Origin: Escherichia phage vB_EcoM_G2540-3
DNA length: 64,000 nucleotides
Reading direction: 5' to 3' (one strand)
Sequence record: MK327944.1
Positions 38,209-50,183 of this stretch are shown here, one piece after another. The notes beneath the pieces are model-generated. The model saw nothing but the letters and a program-made list of their open reading frames with translations, searched no databases and was not told the DNA's origin. The position numbers and the translations under genes are program-made. Numbering within the stretch: position 1 is the stretch's first letter; each line of letters starts with the position of its first letter.

Positions 38209-38466
38209 TTATTTTAAATCTTCTAATCGTTTCTTCATCTTAGAACCGTTCTTAGCGATTTCTCCTGCATCAGAGCATAATGCTAAAAGTGCTTTAACTT
38301 TAGTTTGGTCTCCTTTAAAAGATGAAGGATCGACTGCAGCAGCAAGTTCTTTAATACGAGAAAAAAGACGCTCAGCTTCAGCTAAAGCCATTCCAAGCTT
38401 TACTTCCATACCATGAGAAGATTCAGTGATAATAGTTTCTGTAGCAAACTCTTTGAAAGTTTTCAT
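38209..38466 (-). CDS. Internal protein (Ip)-like, with CTS-like leader MKTFKEFATE
   Basis: Leader MKTFKEFATE-T resembles CTS; own near-identical early promoter cassette. Confidence 0.5.
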   Translation of the reverse strand: MKTFKEFATETIITESSHGMEVKLGMALAEAERLFSRIKELAAAVDPSSFKGDQTKVKALLALCSDAGEIAKNGSKMKKRLEDLK

Positions 38467-38488
38467 TTTTATTTTCCTAATTAATTTT

Positions 38489-38528
38489 GATGAGGTAATA
38501 GTATCACTACCTCATCAGTATGTAAACA
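38489..38528 (-). promoter_or_regulatory. T4-type early promoter for Ip-like gene, with inverted repeat
   Basis: GTTTACA at 38521-38528; 9-bp inverted repeat GATGAGGTA (38489-38497) / TACCTCATC (38508-38516). Confidence 0.5.
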
Positions 38529-38539
38529 ACTTTGTGAAA

Positions 38540-39236
<697 letters not shown>

Positions 39237-39237
<1 letters not shown>

Positions 39238-39962
39238 TATAGTACCTTTAGTGTATTTTTAATTTTAGAAAAAAGTTCTTCAAGAGAACCATCGTTTGTA
39301 ATTACTAAATCGCCATCACGAATTGGCAATCCAGCTTCTGTAATATGTGTATCATTGGATTTTTGACCAGGACGAACTACATGAATTACTGTAGCACCCA
39401 TCGCCCTAGCCGCATCCATTTCATGATCTTGACGAGTATCAGGAACGATATAATAATCATAACCTGGGTTAAATTTATCAAGATAATCTAAAGCAAATAA
39501 TTTTACCCAATACATGCGGTCGAAGTTATTAACAATCAAATCCGTACCTAGGGCTTGCATAAGACGACGGACTGACCATTGGTCTTCAATATTATTTATA
39601 ACGTCAATAATCTTGTTAAATGCTACGGAATTAACTGATTCTTTTCCTTCGTCATCAAAAACAAACACGCCTTTAATTGGGCTTTTACTATTAAGATAGC
39701 AAAATGCTTGTTCCATAATCGTAATTACTTCTAATTTAGTCAGATTTAAATTAGTCTCACGATCATAGTCAATTCCTTCAAACTCTTTACGAGTTAAGCA
39801 AGGATAGTCAGTGTTTGCTGCGAATACGCCCCATGCATAAGCCAATGCATCTTTAATAGGACCAGCAAGTTGATATTTAACTGCAGAATAATTATTCATG
39901 ATAAAATCTGCAGTAGTATCTTTTCCACTACGCTTTACACCACTCAAAAAGATTAGTTTCAT
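39237..39962 (-). CDS. 1: Deoxynucleoside monophosphate kinase gp1, 241 aa
   Basis: P-loop GVKRSGKDT; 241 aa as T4 gp1. Confidence 0.9.
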
Positions 39963-40011
39963 ATGTTTCTCCTCAAATTTAGTTAAGATTATAACACATG
40001 AAACTGAAGCA

Positions 40012-40542
40012 TTAAACTTCTGCTATAATTTTACCATCTTTTTCTACTTGAAAATACGTATAAGGAATCGTTGCTGTACATACTAAAGCCGGGTCTGAAT
40101 CTTCCGTGTAGCTAAATTCTACTTCAGACAGGTCAGAAACCCAAGGCTTATAAAAGTTTATTGACATCACGATTTCAGTTTTACTATTATCTAAAATGTA
40201 AAGCGTAATGTATTCAGGACCTGTTTTTTGGGCAGTATTTTCGCCTGTAAGATAGTTACTAGTTCCTAGCATCCATTCATACATTCCTATCCACGACTTA
40301 AGTTCTTCATCAACTATAAATCTCACGATGAGTGGATCGTACTCAAATGTAACTCCTGGACGCTGTGCTCGGCCTAGTCCAAACGGCCCAGTCACGGTAT
40401 CAGTAACAGGTATCCTAATTCCCGGAATAGGAACTGACTGAGCATTTAAAGTAAAAGCAGATGTAGTATTACTATGCGGTATTGATACTACAAAGTTAGT
40501 TGTATTTGCTTGGTTAAAAATTTGTTGCAGAGCTTGCGACAT
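40012..40542 (-). CDS. 3: Tail completion/sheath stabiliser gp3, 176 aa (start at MSQALQQ, SD GAGGAA)
   Basis: Synteny 1-3-2-4 and length 176 aa from internal start. Confidence 0.75.
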   Translation of the reverse strand: MSQALQQIFNQANTTNFVVSIPHSNTTSAFTLNAQSVPIPGIRIPVTDTVTGPFGLGRAQRPGVTFEYDPLIVRFIVDEELKSWIGMYEWMLGTSNYLTGENTAQKTGPEYITLYILDNSKTEIVMSINFYKPWVSDLSEVEFSYTEDSDPALVCTATIPYTYFQVEKDGKIIAEV

Positions 40543-40648
40543 ATATTCCTCATAATGCTTTATAAATGTTGGTGGTATAATGGGTCTAAGTCCCTTCCAT
40601 TCAATTCCAATTAGAACAAACAATAGAAAAGAATGGAAGATAATAGAA

Positions 40649-41473
40649 TTAGATATTTGACCAGACTTTGTTTGCAGAGAAACGTTTTCCTTTTGAAACG
40701 AACTGCTGAAGTGGCATTAACACAACGTTCGCCCAGTCTTTCGGGGCGATTTCAACTAGGCTACCCATAATATTACCGGGTATATATGCCTTAATCATTT
40801 GGTCTGCACCCCTAAATCCTTTCACTTGACTCCAATCAATTTTTAATTTCGTTTTATTAGTAATAGTAGGTGTATTCGAATATTGCTTTAAAAGCTCTTC
40901 TAGAAATTGCTGACGAGCTTTAGGTGGAATATAGTGCAAGTTCAATCCATACATTAAATTATGTTTACCTAAACCAAGATAAATTATCAAAGGAAATTTA
41001 TCCCAGTAAGGAAGAGTTTCTTTGTGTTTAGCATCATAAGCAAAAGCATATATTCGTCCCGGCTGAGGGCGAACAACTTTATGTCCTTTTACCTGCTTAA
41101 TAGTTTCAGCAAACCACTTTCTGGTTTTATTATTAATTGCTGCACCTTCATTACGAATTTTATCGCGCAATGTTTGCCTGAATGAATTTATCATAAGCAG
41201 TTGTCTTTCTTGCTTATTGAGTTTATTCATTGGTTTCGATTCAAGCTTTTGAATCTTTTCAGCTGTTTTAATTCCTGAAGCATATTTTGACATTGCCGAA
41301 GTAAACGTAGAATATTTAATTCCTCTTTCTTCAGCAAATTGCTTTCCTGTCATTCCTTTTGCTTTGGCCTTTTTGTATTCAAGACCTATCTGAATCCATT
41401 TCTTTTCGTTTAATGATTGCTTAACCTTTGGAACTTGGGGAGTGCTTTCATTAATTATTTGAAAAATAGCCAT
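40649..41473 (-). CDS. 2: DNA end protector gp2, 274 aa
   Basis: 274 aa, synteny between 3 and 4. Confidence 0.8.
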   Translation of the reverse strand: MAIFQIINESTPQVPKVKQSLNEKKWIQIGLEYKKAKAKGMTGKQFAEERGIKYSTFTSAMSKYASGIKTAEKIQKLESKPMNKLNKQERQLLMINSFRQTLRDKIRNEGAAINNKTRKWFAETIKQVKGHKVVRPQPGRIYAFAYDAKHKETLPYWDKFPLIIYLGLGKHNLMYGLNLHYIPPKARQQFLEELLKQYSNTPTITNKTKLKIDWSQVKGFRGADQMIKAYIPGNIMGSLVEIAPKDWANVVLMPLQQFVSKGKRFSANKVWSNI

Positions 41474-41925
41474 TATGCCCCCTTAAAGCCAAGAGCTCGT
41501 AATCCATCTTCTGTTAGAATTCTAAATTTTATTCCACGCTTTTCAGCTAAAGATTGTGCTGCTTTCCATTTGTCAGTATTAACGGAATATGTATAAATTT
41601 CATTCATAAATCTTTTCTTCGCTGCAGTTGTTAGATGCGCTGGTTTAACTGGTGGTTGTGTTTCTTTTTTAGGCTTTATTTCAATAAAAAATTCTTGTCC
41701 AGAAGAATCTTTCATCCAAATATCCATGAAGTATCTACGTTTTTTCCCTTCTGCATTACAAAAATAAGGAATTACTGCTGTTTCACTACCCCATGCAATA
41801 ATTTCTGGATTTTTATCTAACCATTCAAAAAAGAATTTTTCCCAATTTGATCTATACGTAATTTTTTTAGGGTCACCTCTATATTTTGATATATTTTTAG
41901 GAACCCATTTTCCAGAATATGCCAT
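41473..41925 (-). CDS. 4: Head completion protein gp4, 150 aa
   Basis: 150 aa, divergent from gene 53; late promoter upstream. Confidence 0.8.
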   Translation of the reverse strand: MAYSGKWVPKNISKYRGDPKKITYRSNWEKFFFEWLDKNPEIIAWGSETAVIPYFCNAEGKKRRYFMDIWMKDSSGQEFFIEIKPKKETQPPVKPAHLTTAAKKRFMNEIYTYSVNTDKWKAAQSLAEKRGIKFRILTEDGLRALGFKGA

Positions 41926-41936
41926 TGGATTCTCCT

Positions 41937-41944
41937 TATAAATA
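41937..41944 (+). promoter_or_regulatory. Late promoter TATAAATA for gene 53 operon
   Basis: Exact TATAAATA about 29 nt upstream of gene 53 ATG. Confidence 0.55.
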
Positions 41945-41951
41945 GATAATA

Positions 41952-41959
41952 TATTTATA
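41952..41959 (-). promoter_or_regulatory. Late promoter TATAAATA (minus strand) for gene 4
   Basis: Plus strand TATTTATA = minus-strand TATAAATA about 27 nt upstream of gene 4 ATG. Confidence 0.55.
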
Positions 41960-41972
41960 AACAGGAGGGCCC

Positions 41973-42563
41973 ATGCTCTTTACATTTTTTGATCCGATTG
42001 AATATGCGGCCAAAACGGTGAATAAAAACGCGCCGACTATTCCTATGACAGATATTTTTAGAAACTATAAAGACTATTTCAAACGCGCTCTTGCGGGATA
42101 CCGTTTACGTACTTATTATATTAAAGGTTCACCACGCCCGGAAGAATTAGCAAATGCTATATATGGAAATCCACAGTTGTATTGGGTTTTATTGATGTGT
42201 AATGATAATTATGATCCGTATTATGGATGGATTACTTCGCAAGAAGCTGCTTATCAAGCATCTATACAAAAATACAAAAATGTAGGTGGAGACCAAATAG
42301 TATATCATGTGAATGAGAATGGTGAAAAATTTTATAATTTAATATCATACGATGATAATCCATATGTTTGGTATGACAAAGGCGATAAAGCTAGAAAATA
42401 TCCTCAATATGAAGGAGCACTTGCTGCGGTCGATACGTATGAAGCTGCTGTTCTTGAAAATGAAAAACTTCGTCAAATAAAAATAATAGCAAAATCAGAC
42501 ATTAATTCATTTATGAACGACCTTATACGTATAATGGAGAAATCTTATGGAAATGATAAGTAA
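41973..42563 (+). CDS. 53: Baseplate wedge protein gp53, 196 aa
   Basis: 196 aa, SD AGGAGGG, first gene of plus-strand baseplate operon. Confidence 0.85.
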   Translation: MLFTFFDPIEYAAKTVNKNAPTIPMTDIFRNYKDYFKRALAGYRLRTYYIKGSPRPEELANAIYGNPQLYWVLLMCNDNYDPYYGWITSQEAAYQASIQKYKNVGGDQIVYHVNENGEKFYNLISYDDNPYVWYDKGDKARKYPQYEGALAAVDTYEAAVLENEKLRQIKIIAKSDINSFMNDLIRIMEKSYGNDK

Positions 42564-44274
42564 TAACCTTAATTGGTTTGTTGGTGTTGTTGAAGATAGA
42601 ATGGACCCATTAAAATTAGGTCGTGTTCGTGTTCGTGTGGTTGGTCTGCATCCACCTCAAAGAGCACAAGGCGATGTAATGGGTATTCCAACTGAAAAAT
42701 TACCATGGATGTCAGTTATTCAACCTATAACTTCTGCAGCAATGTCTGGAATTGGAGGTTCTGTTACTGGACCGGTAGAAGGAACTAGAGTTTATGGTCA
42801 TTTTTTAGACAAATGGAAAACTAACGGAATTGTTCTTGGCACGTATGGTGGAATAGTTCGCGAAAAGCCTAATAGACTTGAAGGATTTTCTGACCCGACT
42901 GGACAGTATCCTAGACGTCTAGGAAATGATACTAACGTATTAAACCAAGGCGGAGAAGTAGGATATGATTCGTCTTCTAATATTATCCAAGATAGTAATT
43001 TAGATACTGCGATAAATCCCGATGATAGACCACTATCAGAGATTCCAACTGATGATAATCCAAATATGTCAATGGCTGAAATGCTTCGCCGTGATGAAGG
43101 ATTAAGACTAAAAGTTTATTGGGATACTGAAGGATATCCGACAATTGGTATTGGTCATCTTATCATGAAGCAGCCAGTTCGTGATATGGCCCAAATTAAT
43201 AAAGTTTTATCAAAACAAGTTGGTCGTGAAATTACCGGAAATCCAGGTTCTATTACAATGGAAGAAGCGGTAACTTTATTTGAACGTGATTTAGCTGATA
43301 TGCAACGTGACATTAAATCACATTCTAAAGTTGGCCCAGTTTGGAAAGCAGTTAATCGTTCTCGTCAAATGGCATTAGAAAATATGGCATTTCAGATGGG
43401 TGTTGGCGGTGTAGCTAAATTTAACACAATGTTAACAGCTATGTTAGCCGGAGATTGGGAAAAAGCATATAAAGCTGGTCGTGATTCATTGTGGTATCAA
43501 CAAACAAAAGGCCGTGCATCTCGTGTTACCATGATTATTCTTACAGGGAATTTGGAATCATACGGTATTGAAGTGAAAACACCAGCTAGGTCTTTGTCGG
43601 CAATGGCTGCTACTGTAGCTAAATCTTCTGATCCAGCTGACCCTCCTATTCCGAATGATTCGAGAATTTTATTTAAAGAACCTGTTTCTTCATATAAAGG
43701 TGAATATCCTTATGTGCATACAATGGAAACTGAAAGCGGTCATATTCAGGAATTTGATGATACCCCTGGGCAAGAACGATATAGATTAGTTCATCCGACT
43801 GGAACGTATGAGGAAGTGTCACCGTCAGGAAGAAGAACAAGAAAAACTGTTGATAATTTGTATGATATAACAAACGCTGACGGTAATTTTTTGGTAGCCG
43901 GCGATAAAAAGACTAACGTCGGTGGATCAGAAATTTATTACAACATGGATAATCGTCTTCACCAAATAGATGGAAGCAATACGATATTTGTGCGTGGCGA
44001 TGAAACTAAGACGGTTGAAGGTAATGGAACTATCCTAGTCAAAGGTAATGTTACTATTGTAGTTGAAGGTAATGCTGACATTACAGTTAAAGGGGATGCT
44101 ACTACTTTAGTTGAAGGAAATCAAACTAACACAGTAAATGGAAATCTTTCTTGGAAAGTTGCTGGGACAGTTGATTGGGACGTTGGTGGTGATTGGACAG
44201 AAAAAATGGCATCTATGAGTTCTATTTCATCTGGTCAATACACAATTGATGGATCGAGGATTGACATTGGCTAA
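42547..44274 (+). CDS. 5: Baseplate hub/tail lysozyme gp5, 575 aa
   Basis: 575 aa; internal lysozyme domain MAEMLRRDEGLRLKVYWDTEGYPTIGIGHL paralogous to e; C-terminal VEGN/TVNGN beta-helix repeats. Confidence 0.9.
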   Translation: MEMISNNLNWFVGVVEDRMDPLKLGRVRVRVVGLHPPQRAQGDVMGIPTEKLPWMSVIQPITSAAMSGIGGSVTGPVEGTRVYGHFLDKWKTNGIVLGTYGGIVREKPNRLEGFSDPTGQYPRRLGNDTNVLNQGGEVGYDSSSNIIQDSNLDTAINPDDRPLSEIPTDDNPNMSMAEMLRRDEGLRLKVYWDTEGYPTIGIGHLIMKQPVRDMAQINKVLSKQVGREITGNPGSITMEEAVTLFERDLADMQRDIKSHSKVGPVWKAVNRSRQMALENMAFQMGVGGVAKFNTMLTAMLAGDWEKAYKAGRDSLWYQQTKGRASRVTMIILTGNLESYGIEVKTPARSLSAMAATVAKSSDPADPPIPNDSRILFKEPVSSYKGEYPYVHTMETESGHIQEFDDTPGQERYRLVHPTGTYEEVSPSGRRTRKTVDNLYDITNADGNFLVAGDKKTNVGGSEIYYNMDNRLHQIDGSNTIFVRGDETKTVEGNGTILVKGNVTIVVEGNADITVKGDATTLVEGNQTNTVNGNLSWKVAGTVDWDVGGDWTEKMASMSSISSGQYTIDGSRIDIG

Positions 44275-44803
44275 TATACTTCCAATGAGCGCTGATTTAG
44301 GAGAATCCATGGAAGGTTCTTCTATCGACGTCACCTTTACCGCTCAATTAGAAACAGGTGAAACGTTAGTATCTATAAATATAACTAGTTACGAAGAAAC
44401 TCCTGGGGTTTTAGTAGAAGAAAATCGCTTATACGGAACATATGAATCTGTGTTTGGATTTGGAAATGACGCGTTGAAATATCGTTTAGGCGATGAATTT
44501 AAAACTGCTGCTTCATGGGAAGAACTTCCTACTGATTCTGATACTCAGTTGTATTTATGGAAAGCTCCTCAAAACCTCCAGAAGACATTCACTTACGAAG
44601 TAACATTAATATATGACTACCAAGAACAAAGTGAATCTGGAGGTTCTGGCAGTAATTCTAGGTCATCTTCTGATACTACTGAACCGACAGATCCTCCTGC
44701 TCCAGTAAGAAAAACTCTCGTTAAAAATTATACTAAAACTATAGTTGGAAATTGGAGTCGTTGGGCTAATAAATTAAGAAGCTATGTGTATGAGAGGTCA
44801 TAG
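44246..44803 (+). CDS. 5.1: gp5.1-like protein (start uncertain: 44246 or 44285)
   Basis: ORF between 5 and 5.4. Confidence 0.45.
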
Positions 44804-45097
44804 ATGTCAGGATTAAGTTATGATAAATGTGTTACTGCTGGTCATGAAGCATGGCCTCCAACAGTTGTGAATGCTACACAAAGTAAAGTATTCACTGGAG
44901 GAATTGCTGTTCTCGTAGCAGGTGATCCAATTACAGAACATACAGAAATTAAAAAGCCATATGAAACACATGGCGGAGTGACACAACCCAGAACTTCTAA
45001 GGTATATGTCACTGGAAAGAAAGCTGTTCAAATGGCTGATCCAATATCATGCGGTGATACTGTGGCTCAGGCATCATCTAAAGTATTCATTAAATAG
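44804..45097 (+). CDS. 5.4: PAAR-repeat baseplate spike tip protein gp5.4, 97 aa
   Basis: 97 aa; PAAR-like motifs ([25 protein letters not shown]). Confidence 0.7.
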
Positions 45098-45105
45098 GAT
45101 TTAAA

Positions 45106-47088
45106 ATGGCAAATACCCCTGTAAATTATCAATTAACAAGAACAGCAAATGCTATTCCCGAGATATTCGTCGGGGGTACGTTTGCTGAAATAAAACAAAA
45201 CCTCATTGAATGGCTTAATGGCCAAAATGAATTTTTGGATTATGATTTTGAAGGCTCAAGATTAAACGTTCTGTGTGACCTTTTAGCTTATAATACATTG
45301 TACATTCAACAGTTTGGTAATGCTGCTGTGTATGAAAGCTTTATGCGTACTGCTAACTTACGAAGTTCAGTTGTTCAAGCTGCACAAGATAACGGATATT
45401 TACCTACTTCAAAATCCGCTGCGCAGACCGAAATTATGTTAACATGCACCGACGCATTGAATAGGAATTACATTACTATTCCTCGCGGAACTCGCTTTTT
45501 AGCATATGCAAAAGATACTTCTGTTAATCCATATAACTTCGTTTCTACCGAAGACGTTATTGCTATTCGTGATAAAAATAACCAATATTTTCCGCGTTTA
45601 AAATTGGCCCAGGGACGTATAGTAAGAACTGAAATCATTTATGATAAATTAACACCTATTATCATTTATGATAAAAATATTGATAGAAACCAGGTTAAAT
45701 TATACGTTGATGGAGCAGAATGGATTAACTGGACAAGAAAGTCAATGGTTCATGCTGGTTCTACATCGACAATTTACTACATGCGTGAAACTATTGATGG
45801 AAATACTGAATTCTATTTTGGTGAAGGTGAAATTTCTGTTAATGCTTCTGAAGGAGCTTTGACCGCTAATTATATCGGAGGTCTTAAACCTACTCAGAAC
45901 TCTACGATTGTTATTGAGTACATCAGTACTAATGGTGCTGACGCGAACGGAGCAGTCGGATTTTCATACGCAGATACATTAACAAATATAACTGTCATCA
46001 ATATTAATGAAAATCCAAACGATGACCCAGATTTTGTTGGGGCAGATGGCGGCGGTGATCCAGAAGATATTGAGCGTATCCGCGAATTGGGTACTATTAA
46101 ACGCGAAACCCAGCAACGCTGCGTAACTGCGACTGACTATGATACATTCGTTTCAGAGAGATTTGGTTCTATTATTCAAGCAGTTCAGACTTTCACTGAT
46201 TCTACTAAACCTGGTTATGCATTTATTGCTGCTAAACCTAAATCAGGTCTGTATTTAACTACTGTACAGCGTGAAGATATTAAAAATTATCTCAAAGACT
46301 ATAATTTAGCTCCTATTACGCCATCAATTATTTCTCCTAATTATCTTTTTATTAAGACTAATTTAAAAGTCACATATGCTTTAAATAAGCTGCAAGAATC
46401 CGAACAGTGGCTCGAAGGTCAAATAATTGATAAAATTGATCGTTATTATACCGAAGATGTAGAAATTTTTAACTCATCTTTCGCTAAATCTAAGATGCTG
46501 ACATACGTAGATGATGCAGATCATTCTATCATTGGCTCATCCGCGACAATTCAAATGGTACGTGAAGTACAAAACTTCTATAAAACGCCTGAAGCGGGTA
46601 TTAAATACAATAATCAAATAAAAGATCGTTCTATGGAATCTAATACGTTTTCATTTAATTCCGGACGAAAGGTTGTAAATCCTGATACTGGCTTAGAAGA
46701 AGATGTATTATATGACGTTCGTATAGTATCAACAGACCGAGATTCTAAAGGAATTGGTAAAGTTATTATTGGTCCATTTGCTTCGGGTGATGTTACAGAA
46801 AATGAAAACATTCAGCCATATACAGGCAACGATTTTAACAAATTAGCAAATTCTGATGGACGCGACAAATACTATGTTATCGGTGAAATAAATTATCCAG
46901 CTGATGTGATTTATTGGAATATCGCTAAAATTAATTTAACATCTGAAAAATTTGAAGTTCAGACCATCGAATTATATTCTGACCCAACCGATGATGTTAT
47001 CTTTACTCGCGACGGTTCACTGATTGTATTTGAAAATGACTTACGTCCACAATACTTAACTATCGATTTGGAGCCTATATCACAATGA
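45106..47088 (+). CDS. 6: Baseplate wedge protein gp6, 660 aa
   Basis: 660 aa, synteny. Confidence 0.85.
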   Translation: MANTPVNYQLTRTANAIPEIFVGGTFAEIKQNLIEWLNGQNEFLDYDFEGSRLNVLCDLLAYNTLYIQQFGNAAVYESFMRTANLRSSVVQAAQDNGYLPTSKSAAQTEIMLTCTDALNRNYITIPRGTRFLAYAKDTSVNPYNFVSTEDVIAIRDKNNQYFPRLKLAQGRIVRTEIIYDKLTPIIIYDKNIDRNQVKLYVDGAEWINWTRKSMVHAGSTSTIYYMRETIDGNTEFYFGEGEISVNASEGALTANYIGGLKPTQNSTIVIEYISTNGADANGAVGFSYADTLTNITVININENPNDDPDFVGADGGGDPEDIERIRELGTIKRETQQRCVTATDYDTFVSERFGSIIQAVQTFTDSTKPGYAFIAAKPKSGLYLTTVQREDIKNYLKDYNLAPITPSIISPNYLFIKTNLKVTYALNKLQESEQWLEGQIIDKIDRYYTEDVEIFNSSFAKSKMLTYVDDADHSIIGSSATIQMVREVQNFYKTPEAGIKYNNQIKDRSMESNTFSFNSGRKVVNPDTGLEEDVLYDVRIVSTDRDSKGIGKVIIGPFASGDVTENENIQPYTGNDFNKLANSDGRDKYYVIGEINYPADVIYWNIAKINLTSEKFEVQTIELYSDPTDDVIFTRDGSLIVFENDLRPQYLTIDLEPISQ

Positions 47089-50000
47089 CAGTAAAAGCAC
47101 CTTCAGTCACTAGTCTCAGAATTTCCAAGTTATCCGCAAATCAGGTGCAAGTACGCTGGGATGACGTTGGTGCTAATTTCTACTATTTTGTAGAAATCGC
47201 TGAGACAAAAACGAACTCGGGGGAAAATCTCCCGAGTAATCAATACAGATGGATTAACTTAGGATATACTGCAAATAACAGCTTCTTTTTTGATGATGCT
47301 GACCCATTGACATCATACATTATCAGAGTAGCTACAGCTGCGCAAGATTTTGAGCAGTCTGATTGGATTTATACCGAAGAGTTTGAAACTTTTGCTACAA
47401 ATGCTTATACATTTCAAAACATGATTGAAATGCAATTAGCCAATAAATTCATTCAGGAAAAATTTACTCTTAATAATTCTGATTATGTTAATTTTAACAA
47501 TGACACTATAATGGCTGCATTGATGAATGAATCATTTCAATTCAGCCCATCGTATGTTGATGTTTCATCAATAAGTAATTTTATTATTGGTGAAAATGAG
47601 TATCATGAAATACAAGGTTCTATTCAGCAAGTATGTAAGGATATTAACCGAGTTTATTTGATGGAATCAGAAGGAATTCTATATCTTTTTGAGCGCTATC
47701 AACCTGTAGTTAAAGTATCCAATGATAAAGGACAAACCTGGAAAGCCGTAAAGCTCTTCAATGACCGTGTAGGATATCCTTTATCTAAGACAGTATATTA
47801 CCAATCTGCGAACACAACATACGTTCTAGGATACGACAAGATTTTCTATGGCCGTAAATCGACTGACGTTAGATGGTCAGCAGATGATGTCAGATTCAGT
47901 TCGCAGGATATAACATTTGCTAAACTTGGCGACCAGTTACATTTAGGATTTGATGTAGAAATCTTTGGTACTTATGCGACTTTACCAGCGAATGTATATC
48001 GTATAGCTGAAGCCATTACTTGTACGGATGATTATATCTATGTTGTTGCCAGAGATAAAGTTAGATATATAAAAACGAGCAATGCACCTATAGATTCTGA
48101 TCCATTATCTCCAACATATTCGGAAAGGCTATTTGAATCTGATACAATGACTATAACTGGAAATCCTAAAGCAGTATGCTATAAAATGGATTCTATTGGT
48201 GATAAAGTTTTTGCTCTTATTATCGGTGAAGTTGAAACATTAAATGCTAATCCTAGAACGTCAAAAATAATTGATTCTACTGATAAAGGAATATATGTTT
48301 TAAATCATGACACAAAAACGTGGAAAAGAGTTTTTGGCAACACTGAAGAAGAAAGAAGACGTATTCAACCTGGGTATGCGAATATGTCAACTGATGGTAA
48401 ATTAGTTTCTCTATCTTCGAGTAATTTTAAATTTTTAAATGATAACGTTGTTAATGACCCTGAAACTGTAGCAAAATATCAGTTAATCGGTGCCGTTAAA
48501 TATGAATTTCCTCGTGAATGGTTAGCTGATAAGCATTATCATATGATGGCATTTATAGCAGATGAAAAGTCTGATTGGGAAACTTTTACGCCTCAGCCAA
48601 TGAAATACTACGCAGAACCGTTCTTTAATTGGTCTAAAAAATCTAACACACGCTGTTGGATAAACAACTCTAATAGAGCTGTAGTAGTTTATGCTGATTT
48701 AAAATACACTAAAGTTATAGAAAATATTCCGGAAACATCACCAGATAGATTAGTTCATGAATACTGGGATGATGGTGATTGTACGATAGTAATGCCAAAT
48801 GTTAAATTCACGGGATTTAAAAAATATGCGTCTGGGATGCTTTTTTATAAATCTTCTGGTGAAATAATTTCTTATTATGATTTTAACTATCGTGTGAGAG
48901 ATACAGTAGAAATTATTTGGAAGCCGACTGGAGTATTTTTAAAAGCATTTTTACAAAACCAAGAGCATGAGACTCCTTGGTCGCCAGAAGAAGAGCATGG
49001 ATTAGCTGACCCTGATTTAAGACCATTAATTGGCACAATGATGCCTGATTCTTATTTGTTGCAGGATTCGAATTTTGAGGCATTTTGCGAAGCATATATT
49101 CAGTATCTTTCTGATGGATATGGAACTCAGTATAACAATTTACGAAATTTAATTCGTAATCAGTATCCACGAGAAGAGCATGCGTGGGAATATTTGTGGT
49201 CAGAGATATATAAAAGAAACATTTATTTAAATGCTGACAAACGTGATGCTGTTGCAAGATTTTTTGAATCACGTAGTTATGATTTTTATTCTACTAAAGG
49301 AATTGAAGCATCATACAAGTTTCTTTTTAAAGTTCTTTATAATGAAGAAGTTGAAATTGAAATTGAATCTGGGGCCGGTACTGAATATGACATAATCGTT
49401 CAATCTGATTCTTTGACTGAAGATTTAGTAGGACAAACGATTTATACGGCAACAGGAAGATGTAATGTTACTTATATAGAAAGAAGTTATTCTAATGGTA
49501 AATTGCAATGGACCGTAACTATTCATAATCTTTTGGGAAGATTAATTGCTGGTCAAGAAGTTAAAGCAGAAAGACTCCCTAGTTTTGAAGGCGAAATTAT
49601 TCGTGGAGTTAAAGGAAAGGATTTGCTTCAAAACAATATAGACTATATTAATAGAAGTAGATCATACTATGTAATGAAAATTAAATCCAATTTACCTTCT
49701 TCCCGCTGGAAATCTGACGTTATTCGTTTTGTTCATCCAGTAGGATTTGGATTTATAGCAATTACCCTTTTAACGATGTTTATTAATGTTGGTTTAACTC
49801 TTAAACACACAGAGACAATAATTAATAAATATAAAAACTATAAATGGGATTCTGGATTGCCTACTGAATATGCTGATAGAGTAGCTAAATTAACTCCAAC
49901 CGGTGAAATTGAGCATGATTCAGTAACAGGCGAAGCAATTTATGAGCCTGGCCCAATGGCTGGTGTAGAATATCCTCTTCCTGATGACTATAATGCTGAA

Positions 50001-50183
50001 AATAATAATTCAATATTTCAAGGTCAATTGCCGTCTGAACGACGTAAATTAATGAGTCCCCTATTTGATGCTTCTGGAACAACATTTGCGCAATTTAGGG
50101 ATTTAGTTAATAAACGTCTAAAAGATAATATAGGAAATCCAAGAGACCCTGAAAATCCAACACAGGTTAAAATAGATGAATGA
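47085..50183 (+). CDS. 7: Baseplate wedge protein gp7, 1032 aa
   Basis: 1032 aa, synteny, overlapping start/stop with neighbours. Confidence 0.85.
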   Translation: MTVKAPSVTSLRISKLSANQVQVRWDDVGANFYYFVEIAETKTNSGENLPSNQYRWINLGYTANNSFFFDDADPLTSYIIRVATAAQDFEQSDWIYTEEFETFATNAYTFQNMIEMQLANKFIQEKFTLNNSDYVNFNNDTIMAALMNESFQFSPSYVDVSSISNFIIGENEYHEIQGSIQQVCKDINRVYLMESEGILYLFERYQPVVKVSNDKGQTWKAVKLFNDRVGYPLSKTVYYQSANTTYVLGYDKIFYGRKSTDVRWSADDVRFSSQDITFAKLGDQLHLGFDVEIFGTYATLPANVYRIAEAITCTDDYIYVVARDKVRYIKTSNAPIDSDPLSPTYSERLFESDTMTITGNPKAVCYKMDSIGDKVFALIIGEVETLNANPRTSKIIDSTDKGIYVLNHDTKTWKRVFGNTEEERRRIQPGYANMSTDGKLVSLSSSNFKFLNDNVVNDPETVAKYQLIGAVKYEFPREWLADKHYHMMAFIADEKSDWETFTPQPMKYYAEPFFNWSKKSNTRCWINNSNRAVVVYADLKYTKVIENIPETSPDRLVHEYWDDGDCTIVMPNVKFTGFKKYASGMLFYKSSGEIISYYDFNYRVRDTVEIIWKPTGVFLKAFLQNQEHETPWSPEEEHGLADPDLRPLIGTMMPDSYLLQDSNFEAFCEAYIQYLSDGYGTQYNNLRNLIRNQYPREEHAWEYLWSEIYKRNIYLNADKRDAVARFFESRSYDFYSTKGIEASYKFLFKVLYNEEVEIEIESGAGTEYDIIVQSDSLTEDLVGQTIYTATGRCNVTYIERSYSNGKLQWTVTIHNLLGRLIAGQEVKAERLPSFEGEIIRGVKGKDLLQNNIDYINRSRSYYVMKIKSNLPSSRWKSDVIRFVHPVGFGFIAITLLTMFINVGLTLKHTETIINKYKNYKWDSGLPTEYADRVAKLTPTGEIEHDSVTGEAIYEPGPMAGVEYPLPDDYNAENNNSIFQGQLPSERRKLMSPLFDASGTTFAQFRDLVNKRLKDNIGNPRDPENPTQVKIDE

